Shown here: piece by piece, positions 27,251 to 38,881 of the stretch
Layout: each line of letters opens with the position of its first letter
Position numbering within the stretch: position 1 is the first letter of the stretch
NCBI RefSeq assembly: GCF_030144855.1
Contig: NC_082707.1
Location: 155,434,001 to 155,498,000 of the forward strand
Direction: 5' to 3'
From: Hypanus sabinus
Lineage: Eukaryota
DNA: 64,000 bases
Made by a program: the position numbers and the translations under genes
The notes under the pieces: generated by a model
Seen by the model: only the letters and a program-made list of their open reading frames with translations
The model's database searches: none
Told to the model about the DNA's origin: nothing

Positions 27251-27513
27251 CAAAGGACCATTTGGGAGGTAGGGTATAAATGGAGTGCAAGCTACTTGTA
27301 CTAGCTGAAGAATGACCACATTTTTAATGTCCACAATGCTGGTTCCAAGTGAAATGAGTGTTATAATCAAGCAAAAGTAGATGGAAACAGGAATTCAATA
27401 TATTGATGGACCAAGGCTTCTGTTTTATTTTGAAAGTGAATGGTACAGTTTTGACTTAGTTTGTAAACTTAATTAAACATGAAATCACTGAAGTTAGGAG
27501 TTCACAATGATGG

Positions 27514-27519
27514 AATAAA
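27514..27519 (+). terminator. Probable TIMM9 polyadenylation signal AATAAA
   Basis: First canonical hexamer after the stop; an ATTAAA also lies at ~27472. Confidence 0.55.
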
Positions 27520-27550
27520 CTTTGTTGGAGCCGAAGAAAGTGTAAACATT

Positions 27551-27604
27551 TTATTCAACATCATCATCTACCAAATTCTGTGCGTTCATTCCTGCAAGAA
27601 AACG
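27551..27604 (-). CDS. TOMM20L: TOMM20-like exon 5 (last)
   Basis: Polypyrimidine tract + acag acceptor; RFLAGMNAQNLVDDDVE* with the TOM20 DDVE end. Confidence 0.92.
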   Translation of the reverse strand, partial: RFLAGMNAQNLVDDDVE

Positions 27605-27924
27605 CTGTAAGGAGGGAAAGAGAAATTATTAAAAATCATAAATTATACATTTTATTCTTTATTTGAAAATAGTTGTTTAAATACAATTTGCACTTTACAC
27701 TACTTGACATCAATAGGACTCCTACTTCCTGCTTTCAAAGTAACCATTTAATTCAAAATAGTCAACATGCTTCAGACTAATTTCTTTGGTAAATAGAATC
27801 AAGATTTAAATTAAGTTGACACTTTTGAAATCATGAAATGTTTAAAGAAATAGAAATCAGTAAATGCTAGATATTGAAGAAAATAACTGAATAGATATGG
27901 AGAAAGAAAGGGATCCCATCATAC

Positions 27925-28067
27925 CTGTCTAACAACTGGCAATCTTTGGATAAGCATCTGGAACACTTGATGTGGTAGTGTTTGCTGGAGAACGTGCAAT
28001 AGTTGCTGTGGCTGACCACATACTGACACTGCATTACTTAAATGATCAACTCCTTTCTCATAGTCAC
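27925..28067 (-). CDS. TOMM20L: TOMM20-like exon 4 (143 nt)
   Basis: GDYEKGVDHLSNAVSVCGQPQQLLHVLQQTLPHQVFQMLIQRLPVVRQ; AG/GT boundaries. Confidence 0.95.
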
Positions 28068-28391
28068 CTGAAAAATCAGGAAAGAGTGGTGCATTGATGA
28101 AAACCACGGTCCTGCAAGATGATCAGTGATGTAGTCACAGCCAAATTATTAAATAAAGAATAGAAATAACATGCTCTTTCTGTCAATTTCACATTCTATT
28201 ATTTTTTTTAAGTTAGGTCGTTCCAGTAATTTGTAAGAAGACTGAGCTTTTAGCACAATAATATTGACTTCCATTAAACTATTTTTAGAGACTAGTTTGA
28301 ATCTCAAGCAACTCCACCTACAGTAACCAACCTTTTTTAAAATTAAATAGTCAACCATATCAGAGTTGTAGTACATTCTGTCTAATCCAAT

Positions 28392-28987
28392 TGTAACACT
28401 TACCCACAGGCTGGTATATGTCTAGGGGAAAAAGGGATCCAGCCACTCTCCAACCCACCTCCCGTACACGCAGGTGCTGTGAGAATCAAGTTTACGCCTC
28501 GAGCCCGCCAACAGTATCAAATCCACAACAAATACCGTTATGAAATACACTTTAAAGAGTTTACTAAAATTAAAAAGAGTAGTAAGCAATACAATATATA
28601 TACACAAGGAAAAAAACAAAAGGCGCCACTTATCAAAGTTCAGTCTGTTTAGTGCACTCGTTGGAGCTCAATCAACGAACCAATCGACCCATCCGGCCGT
28701 CGCACCTGGGACCACCCCGGTGGTCTTACAAGCAGTCCAGCACACGTCCACCTTCTTCCATGTCTTCCTCGGCCTCCCACAAAAAACCCGCGAAAACCCC
28801 TCCCCCAAGTTCCCAGCATCACAAGACACAATGACATTCCCCATTGATTAACAAATGAATACAATTACCATATCAGCCATTCTAAAGTGAAACAACGGCT
28901 AGAGAAACACTTATCCGACAAAGAAACATTCCTACTTGTAACAAACCAAAGAGGCCATTTTGAGTAACATACCCAGGACATTGTACA
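28392..28987. mobile_element. Solo LTR (596 bp) with 4-bp TSD
   Basis: TGTA...TACA termini; CAAT direct repeat at 28388-28391 and 28988-28991; CpG-rich. Confidence 0.75.
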
Positions 28988-29860
28988 CAATCTCAACAAC
29001 AACAGGAACGAAATCTCCACCTGCTCCTTGATTCAAACTGAATATACCTGCACAGATGAACAGGGAAGTCTTCTTTCCTCTTTGTCAACATGATAAATAA
29101 GACAGGTAGACAAAGAGTAATGCATTTAGTAGCTATTAGCCTCTTTCACTAATAGGGAAAATGTTGAAATCTAATATTAAGTGTGTCTATTAAAACACTT
29201 TTTCCCCCTAAGAGTTCTACTTTGTCATTTCTTTATAATATATTCTTCACAATACTTTTCAGCAATTTCTCTACTATTGAAGCCAGGCTAACCTGCTTCC
29301 CTGCCTTCTCTCTTCGTCCTTTTCAGTACTGGAGTTACATTGACTAATTTTTATGAAAAAAATCTATGACATTTTGGAATATGACTAGTACAGGGGTCAG
29401 CAACCTTTACCACTGAAAGAGCCACTTGGACCCGTTTCCCACAGAAAAGAAAACACTGGGAGCCGCAAAACCCGTTTGACATTTAAAATGAAATAACACT
29501 GCATACAACGTTTTTTTTGCCTTTATGCTATGTATAAACAAACTATAATGTGTTGCATTTATGAAATTGATGAACTCCTGCAGAGAAAACGAAATTACAT
29601 TTCTGCATGCAACAAAAACATTTTGAACTCCGAAAAAAAGACGTTGGGTTGAAGGTTACTTTTAAGTAAAATACTCAACGTCTATTTGAGTCCTTCTTGT
29701 ATTTATGAAAAACGCCAAACTTAAATTTGCCGCCAGCAGCAAACCAAAAATAACATCAGCCAGCTGTCAGCCTGAAAAATAAAAGGACTATTTCACTGAA
29801 CAATGAAAAAATATGAATATACATAAAATAATAGGCAATTAAAATATTTATCATACTTGG

Positions 29861-31796
29861 TTAATGGGATTTCTGCTCCTGGACCTCAGCCCACAGCGTC
29901 TGCACATCAGGGCTGTATGACGTCACCTTCATCTTTACACAGGATCGCAAGCTGTCATCTGTGAGGCGTGCGCGATGTTTGTTTTTAATAAAGTTCATGT
30001 TGGAGAACACCTGCTCACATACATATGTGGATCCAAAGATCGACAGGACTCCAAGCGCATACTTTTTCATGTTTACATAAATGTCGGGCATAGCATTCCA
30101 TGTTTCGAACACAAGTTTGTCCGGTTTTGGAAGGTTTTCAATATCACTCCATTTGTGATTCTGAGCAAGAACGGCCTTCTGACGGGCAACATCTTCAAGG
30201 TCTGCTGTCAAGCGTCTAAACTTGGACACCCATATGTCTTTGTCGGCTATGTCGGCCAGTTCCATCTCAAGATCAGGTTGACTCACACCTGCCAATGCAG
30301 TCGTATTCAGTAGGGAAGGATCGATGCTTAAGGGAGTGACCGGGAAGGATAATGTGTTTTTTTCCTCTCTGAACTCACAGAAGCGTTTCCCAAACGATGT
30401 TTGCATTGCGATGATTGCAGAATGTAAATACTCCGAAATTATCATGTCGTGACCTTGTTTGAACTCTCTCAAATTGGGGAAGTGAGACAAAGTGCCTTTC
30501 TGTAAATCTCTGGCAAGCACTGTCAACTTGCGCTCGAATGCCAAAACATCCTCCAACATGTGCAGGGCTGTGCGTCCTTTCCCCTGAAGAGCTGTGTTCA
30601 GCGTGTTCAGGTGCGCTGTCATGTCTACCATGAAGTGTAGCTTTTCCAGCCACTCTGGCTGTTCCAGCTCAGGAAAGGTGAGCCCTTTGCTGCCCAGGGA
30701 AGTTTTCACTTCTTCCAGACACGCGACAAAGCGTTTCAGCACCTCCCCTTTGGACAGCCACCGGACTTTGTTGTGCAGCAGGAGATCAGAATATGCGCTT
30801 TCCATCTCGTCCAGTAACAAACGGAATTGACGGTGATTTAAACTTTTTGCCATTATTTTATTGACAATCTGAATGACAACATCCATTACTTCTGTGCATT
30901 CCGGAGGAAATGTTTGAGCGCACAGTGCCTCTTGGTGCAAGATGCAGTGAAAAGTCAGCAGCTTTCTGTCCAGCGACTTCTGCAGTAAAGCCACAATTCC
31001 CTTGTGCGTTCCCGTCATATTCGGTGCCCCCATCAGTAGCTACTGACACCAGATGGGTGGTCTTTATTCCTTTGGCTCTTAAACAATTCAAGACAGCCTC
31101 ACAGATGTCCTCCCCCCGTGTTTGGTCTTTTAGAGGTATCAACTCAATCAGTTCTTCCTGTGGCCCGGCAGAGTTTACATACCGGCAGAACAACGCTATT
31201 TGTTCAATATCACCTTTGTCTTTAGACTCGTCACAGGCAATCGAGTAGGCCACAGCTGAATTGATGTCTTTAATTTGCTGTCTTGTGATGTCTTCTGCCA
31301 TTTTTATGGTTCTGTCTTTGACAGTCTTTGCAGAGAGGGGCATATCCCTGATTTTCTGCACAATTTCACTCTTGTTTTTAAAGTCCGTGAATAGATGTTC
31401 TGAAATCTTAATGAAAGATTCTTTTATATATTCACCATCTGTAAACTGCTTCCCGTGCCTGACTATTTCCTGAGCGGCAATATAACTGGCGTATGTCGTT
31501 GATTTTCCAGACTTCATCCATTTCTGGAAATGATTTTTGCTCAGATCAACCTTCCGCATCAGTTCCGAAACGGCTTTTTTTCTCTCATCTCCATCCGGAT
31601 ATTTTTGAGCAAAGGCTGCGTGTTTACTCTGGAAATGCCTTGCGACATTTGACTTTTTGTTGTTTGCTAGTTTCTCATTGCATATTAAGCATACCGGTAA
31701 ACCAGTCTCGTCAACAGTGAAAGCAAATGAATCTGTCCACGTATCATTAAACGTTCTGTTTTCTTCAGTCACTTTTCTTTTTTTAGAATTCTCCAT
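29861..31796 (-). pseudogene. hAT transposase (~644 aa) with a single +1 frameshift
   Basis: BED-type CLIC..RHFQSKH, CDES, TDG(A), HCILH, RWLS and STYVCEQVFS motifs; the two ORFs join after removing one base from the C5 run at 31027-31031. Confidence 0.92.
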
Positions 31797-31894
31797 AGTT
31801 GGCTTACCTCGGATCGAAAAATTAAAGAAATCGCGCACTGGCGGGTGTCAGGTATTGGCAGTGGTGACGTATATTAATAGCGATAAAAACACGT

Positions 31895-32106
31895 TGTAGC
31901 GGTGTGCTCACGTAGTCAGTAAACTGCAGTCGAATAACTTTATTCGAACTAAACAGCCTTGCTTTTAAGCCTCCCTCAACCCAGCCCCCATGGACGCAGA
32001 TGCTGCAAAAGACGCGTACTCACAAACCCCCGTAGGCTATCTCCCTTAGCCGGAATGCTGGCTAATTGTGAGCCGTTTCGGATGTGCCAGGAAATGTGTC
32101 GCCACA
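31895..32106 (-). mobile_element. LTR-like module inside the hAT 5' region
   Basis: TGTAGCG...CGCCACA imperfect inverted termini; minus-strand TTAAAA box (~31963) upstream of AATAAA (~31939); no TSD visible. Confidence 0.5.
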
Positions 32107-33177
32107 CTTAGATTGTACAAGATCACCATAATCTTCAAATTTAGAATTACATTTCAAAAGCTAACAAACTAACATAAAATACATTTTAATTAAATACTGA
32201 CCAATTATTTCCCAAAGCCACAGGGAGCCGCAGCACAGAGGTGAAAGAGCCACAAATGGCTCGGGAGCCGCAGGTTGCCGACCCCCGGACTAGTACATCC
32301 ACCAACCAACTTCTCCTATCTCAATCTTTAAAAGGGCTCACATTACATTTTACCAATCATATCCTTTATAGTGATTTATGGAAACTTAAAGGCTGTCTCT
32401 GTTTTTCAGGAGACTACTGTCAGATTCAACTTCGCCCTCTTTCAAGTCTACTGAATTCTTTACAAATTCTCAGGCTTCCAACTTTTTTCCTCCCTAATGA
32501 CATCATAAACCTCCTGCTTCAATTAATACCATTTTTAACTTCTCTTGATGTTAAATGGACCAGTTCACTTATTTACTTTTCATTTTACCTTGGACATTGA
32601 CTATAAACAATACATTTATCAATGTCAACTGGTATGTTTTTAAATGTCATTTTGCAATCTTCCATTGCCAACTCAGATTCCATTTGTAGGTTACTTTTTT
32701 AGATTAGTTCAATATGAAATCAAGTTCTTAAAAGTGAAAGACCTCAAGCAAATCATAGAAACCAATAAAGCTGCAGATACTGAATCTGATAATAATCAAT
32801 TAGAAAATGCTAGAAATACACAGAAGATCATGCAGCATCAGTGGCAAGAGAACTACAGTTAACACCTGATAAAGGGTCTTTGACCAGAAATGTTACCTCT
32901 AGTTCTCTTCCTCCTCCCACAGATATTGCCTGGTCTACTGTGATTCCAGCATTTTCTGTTTTCACATAAGCAAGTACAGATGATGCATATTAGACATGGC
33001 ACATGGATTGTGAAAGGGAGTTGTACTTGATGGTTGAGGTGCCAGACAAGTGGCCTGCTTGATCTTGGATGGTTTTGATTGTGTTATTGGGGCAAGACTC
33101 AGACAATCAAACAGTATCTGTACAAAATTTACTCTGGCTTTTAAAGTAGATAATGAACAATAACAATCCATGTTTAC

Positions 33178-33259
33178 CTCTTGCCAACAATTCTTCTCCC
33201 AACTGGACCTCTTCAAGAAAAAACTTCTGTACTGCTTCAACATTTTTTAAGTCAGGTAA
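33178..33259 (-). CDS. TOMM20L: TOMM20-like exon 3 (82 nt)
   Basis: LPDLKNVEAVQKFFLEEVQLGEELLAR(G); AG/GT boundaries. Confidence 0.96.
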
Positions 33260-34341
33260 CTGAAATTACAATGTGACATTGAGAAACATATATGTCAACT
33301 GATATTTCCTTAAATGTGAAGACTGCATTATAGTTATGTAAAGTTTCATTTTATATACATAAGTAATAAATTTTAACCAATCATCATTAATTTAAGCTAC
33401 AATGAAAATCTGTATTAATATACAATTTATTGTATGAATATGCAAATTATTCCAAAAGCAGAGCAAAGTCTGGGAAAGATGAACAGACATCCCAAAGGCT
33501 GTTTTAAGTAGGAGTAGAAAACAGTAAAGATGTTTAGGAGGGTTTATTCCAGAGCTTGACATTTTAAGCAATTGAATGCACAGTCGGCAACTATGCAGTA
33601 ATTAATTAGGGGTGATTAAAAAGCCAAATTTGGAAGAAGACATTTATTTCAAAGTCATAGAATTGACAAAAAGGAGAGAAAGTCCTCAATGGAATTGTAA
33701 ATAAGAGAGAATGTAAAAAAAAATGTTGCAAGCTCAGAAGCAATATGAACAGGATCGGATGCAAATAAAGGAAACTGAGATTTAATTTGAAATATGAAAA
33801 GATAAAGAAGATGGTTTAAAACACCCATGTCCAAGTGTTTAAAAAAAGCTCGAATGAAGATATTAAGGAAAAGGAAGTCACTGCTGTTAGTGAGAGCATG
33901 GAAGCATTTTTTGAAGCACATTGAGGTTCACCCTTGACACCAAAGTTGAGAAATATAATTCACTTTCAAACAGTGAAATGAAGTTCAAGGAGGACTGAAT
34001 ACAATAGCTCTGGTCTTGTTAATAGGGTGAAAAAATTCTTATTCTGTCAGAACTGGCTATCAACAGTCTGTTTAGAAACACTACTTCATTATCATCATTC
34101 ACGTATTGAGTGCTAAATGCAGCTGAAGTATTGTCTCTCCACATTTCAGCCAAAGCATACCCTCAATGTAATTTAAGTACCTCCTGCCCCTACCCCTTGG
34201 ATATCTCAAATAAAACTACTGTAAGCAGCGCTGTCTATTCTTAAGTGTGATCAGGTGATGCATCAGAACTGGATACGATACATACACAATTCTCGTGAAT
34301 TTATGCATGATACTGCTTGCCAATATACAAGGATGAGTTAC

Positions 34342-34391
34342 CTTGCCAATACAATCATTTGCTTTATCCTGTTGTTTCTGTTTTCTTCTTC
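34342..34391 (-). CDS. TOMM20L: TOMM20-like exon 2 (50 nt)
   Basis: (R)RRKQKQQDKANDCIGK; ttcag acceptor, AAG|GTAACT donor; phases fit exons 1 and 3. Confidence 0.9.
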
Positions 34392-34487
34392 CTGAAGTAA
34401 GTTATTTAAAAACAAATGTAAACAATGTAATATGAAACATGGCTTTAGAATTTGTAAGCACAAATAAAGTCAATGTAAAGGGACTTG

Positions 34488-37400
34488 CAGTGCTTTGGAA
34501 AAAGTATTCAGACCCCACAAATATTTGCACACTTTACGGTCTCATTTTCTACATTTAAAATATATTGAAGTAGGATTTTGTTTGGGCTAATCTACAAAAC
34601 ATAGTGCATCATGTTAAATCAAAAGAAAAATTCCAAAACCTGTCAACAATATACTAAAATTAAAAAACAAACGAGACTGAGAAGCTATTCATCCCCTTTG
34701 TAATTACAACATTAACTTTCCTCAGGTGCATTACTCTATATTACCTTATTAACTCACCCAATTTGTTGGATGTAGAAAATTGGAGGATCACCTGTTTTCA
34801 ATGAATTAATAAGAATAATTGCCCCCTCTCTCTGCAAGATCCAATAGTATGGTAGATTTTCAACAAACCAAACCAAAATTAAGACAAAAGGGTATTCAAG
34901 ACAAGTCATGGTAATTATCATAAAGAAGCACAAATCTGGGGAAGGGTATAAGACCATCTCAAAGGTACTAGAGATCAGTGGAGCTCACTGCAGTCCAATG
35001 TGAAAGATGGAGAAACACACTGCCTAGGTCAGGCCGCCCCTCTAAACAGTTGCCGGAGAAGAATGGCACTTGTAAGAGAGGCTACAATGATGCCAACAGT
35101 CACTCTGAGTAAGTTGCAGAACTCGGTGGCTGCAACTGGAGAGGAGGTTCATTGCTCCGCAATCACTAAGACCTTGCACAAAATGAATCCTTGCCTGTAA
35201 AGACTTTGCAAAGCATCACTCAGAAGATGCTGTAAAGATGTGGAAGGTTTTGTGGTTGGATGAGACTAAAGTGGAAGTTTTTGGCCTCAGCATTAAGAGA
35301 TATAAATCTAATACTGCATCAGCCAGGTTAACACCATCAATAGTGTAAAGTATGGTAGAGGTAGCATCATGTAATGGGGATGTTTTTCAGCAGGAAGGGT
35401 GTAAAAATATGGTCAGAATTGATGAGAACATGAATGCTGCTAAAATTTTGAGAGATCCTGGATGTAAAAAAACCTGTTCACTTAGCCTGTAAGACACAGG
35501 AGCAGAATTAGTCCATTTGGCCTATCCAGTCTGCTCTGCCATTCAATCATGGTTGATCCTTTTTCCCCTCCTCAGCCCCACACCCTGGCCTTCTCCCCAT
35601 TACCTTTGAAGCTATGTCCAATTAAAAACCTATCAAGCTCTGCCTTAAATATACCCAATGACCTGGCCTCCACAGCTGCCTGTGGTAACAAATTCCATAA
35701 ATTCACCACCCTCTGGCAAAAGAAATTTCTCTGCATCTGTTTTAAAGGGATACCCCTCTATCCTGGGGCTGTGCCCTCTTGTCTTAGATTCTCCCACCAT
35801 GGAAAACATCCTTTCCACATCCATTCTGTCTACGCCTTTCAACATTCAAAAGGTTTCTATGAGATTCCCCATTCATCCTTCTAAATTCCAGCGAGTACAG
35901 ATCCAGAGCCATGAAACATTCCACGTATGATAACCCTTTCATTCCTGGTATCATCCTTGTGAAATTCCTCTGAACCTTCTCCAATGCCAGGACATTTTTT
36001 CTAAGATGAGGGGCCCAAAACTGTTCACAATATTCAAGGTGAGGCCTCACCAGTGCTTTATAAAGCCTCAGCATCACATCCCTGCTCTTATATTCTAGAC
36101 CTCTTGAATGAATGTGAATATTGCATTTGCCTTCCTCACCACCAACTCCACTTGCAAGTTAACCTTTAGGGTGTTCTGCACAAGGACTGCCAAATCTCTT
36201 TCCATCTCAGATTTTTGGATTTTCTCCGTTTAGAAAATCGTTTGCACATTTATTTCTACTACCAAAGTGTATGACCATGCATTTTCCAACATTGTATTTC
36301 AGTTGCCACTCTCATGCCAATTTTCCTAATCTGTCCAAGTCCTTCTGCAACCTACCTGTTTCCTCAACACTACCTGCCCCTCCACCAGTCTTTACATCAT
36401 CTGCAACCTTGGCAACAAAGTCATCTATTCTATTATCTAAATTATGGACATACAGCACGAAAAAAAAGCAAACTCAACACCGACCTATGCAGAACACCAT
36501 TAGTCACTGGCAGCCAACCAGAAAAGAATCTGGTCCTTCCTAGTCACTCGCTGTCTCCTACCAATCGGCCAATGTTCTAACCATGTCAGGAACTTTCCTG
36601 TAATACCATAGGTTCTAACTTGGTAAGGAGCCTCATGTGGGGCACCTTGTCAAAGGCATTCTTAAAGTATTCCTACAGGTTTGTCAGGTAAGAGTTTCCC
36701 TTCAGGAAACCATGCTGACTTTATCCTATCTTGTCCTGTGACACCATGTACTCCATAACTTCATCCTTTAACAATTAACCCCAACATCTTCCCAACCACT
36801 AACTCGTTTATAATTTCATGTCTGCTGCCTTCCTCCTTTCTTAAAGAATGGAGTGACATTTGCAATTTTCCAGCTTTCTGGCACAATGCCAGAGTGCAAT
36901 GACTTTTGAAAGATCATTACTAATGCTTCCACAATCTCTATTGCTACTTCTTTCAGAATCCTAGGGAGCAATTCATCTGGTCTGGGTGACATGTACTCTT
37001 AAGTCTTCCAGCTGCTCCCTTGTAGCTGCACCCACTTCTCTTCCCTCATACCCTCCAACATCTGGCACACTGCTAGTGTCTTCCACAATGAAGACTGGTG
37101 CAAAATACTCATTTAATTCATCTGCCATCTCCTCATCCCTCAATATTATTTCACTGGCCTCATTTCCTAGTGGCCCTATATCCACTCATCTCTTTTTATA
37201 TACTTGAAAAATCTTTATCTATCCACTGATACTGTCTGCTAGCTTGCTTTCATATATTGTTCCCCTAATGATTATTTTAGTTGCTTTCTGTAGATTTTTT
37301 AAAGGCTTCACAATCCTCTATCTTACTGCTAATTTTTGCTTTGTTGAATGCTCTCTCTTTTGCTTTTACATTAGCTTTGAATTTCCCTTATCAGCCATGG

Positions 37401-38881
37401 TTGTATTATTTTGTCATTTAAGTATTTCTTCATTTTTGGAATACACATGTCCTGCACCTTCCTCATTTTTCCCAGAAACTCATGCCATTGCTGCTCTGCT
37501 GTCATCCCTGCTAGCATCTCTCAATTTACTTTAGCCACCTTTCTCATTCCACTGTAATTTCCTTTACTCCTCTTCTGCTACATCACACTTACTCCTATCA
37601 AATTTCAAATTGAACTCAATCATATTGAGATCACCGTCTCCTAAGGGTTCTTTTACCTTAAGCTCCCTAATCACCTCCTGTTCATTACATAACACCCAAT
37701 CCAGTGTAGCTGATTCCCTAGTAGGTTCAACAACAAACTGCTCCAAAAAGCCATCTCGTAGGCATTCAACAAACTCATTTTCTTGAGATTCATTACTAAC
37801 CTCATTTTCCCAACTAACCTGCATGCTGAACTCTCCCATGACATTGCCCTTTTGATACGCCTTTTCTATTTTCCATTGTAATCTGTGGTTCACATCCCAG
37901 CTACTGTTGGGAAGTCTGCATGTAACTGCCATCAGGGTCCTTTTACCCTTGCAGTTTATTAACTCATCCCACAAGGATTTACCATCTGCTGAACCTATGT
38001 CACATCTTTCTAGTGATTTGATGCCATTCTTTACCAGCAGAGCCACGCCATCCTACCTACCTATCCCTCCGATACAACGTGTAATCTTGGGCATTCAGTT
38101 CCCAATAACAACCATCCTTCAGCCATGCTCAGTGATGGCCACAAGATTATACCTGACAATCTGTAATAGTGCAACAAGATCATTCATTGAGTACTGTGCT
38201 TGCTACCCTTTTTGATTCTGCATCCCTAAAGCACTGATTTTCACCCTGCAGGCTGCAATTTTGTCCTATCATCTGCCTACTCTTCCTGACAGTCTGACTG
38301 CATGCATCTATCTTTGCTTTTTTTTACCATCCCTCCTAACCTGAGTCTCTTCATTCCTTTTCAGCAGGACAACGACCCAAAGCCCACTGCCAGAACAACA
38401 ATGTAGTGGCTCCAAAATAAGAAAATTGATGTCTTTGAGTGGCCCAGTCACAGTCCTGGCCTTAATCTAATCAAACATCTCTGGCAAAACGTCAAGATTG
38501 CTGTCCACAACTGCTCTCCAACTACCCTGGCACAGCTTGAGCAATTTTGCAAGAAGGAATGGACAAATCTTGCTCCATTACATTGTACAAGACTTATCAA
38601 AAAACTACTGACTGTAATAGCTGCAAGAGGTGGTTCAAAGAAGGACCAAAGAATGAGGGATGAGTAATTTTGAACTGCTGACATTTAGGGGTTTTTTTTA
38701 CAAATGAAGTGTTTTGCATGTTTTACAATTTTCCCTGTTTTTCTGGGAGTTCTACTGTGGAAAAAAAATGAGCATGTGATTCACAAATAAAAATTCTCAG
38801 TTAAATTGACCAAAATCCCTGGGTGTACTACACATTTATGTGAACAAAGCAATGCGGGCTGAATACATTTCCGAGGCACTG
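34488..38881 (+). mobile_element. Degenerate Tc1 transposon split by a CR1 insertion
   Basis: TIRs CAGTGCTTTGGAAAAAGTATTCAG / CTGAATACATTTCCGAGGCACTG followed by TA; transposase remnants ~34880-35480 and ~38355-38650 (QQDNDPK, EWPSHSP). Confidence 0.88.
35489..38355 (-). mobile_element. CR1 LINE nested in Tc1
   Basis: LVRPHLEYCEQFW (35784-36077) and EPTRESATLDWVLCNE (37564-38046). Confidence 0.9.

Larger units (their letters stand above)
29391..32287 (-). mobile_element. Full-length hAT (Charlie/SPIN-like) DNA transposon, 2897 bp
   Basis: TIRs CAGGGGTCAGCAACCT / AGGTTGCCGACCCCCG; perfect 8-bp TSD GACTAGTA at 29383-29390 and 32288-32295. Confidence 0.95.
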
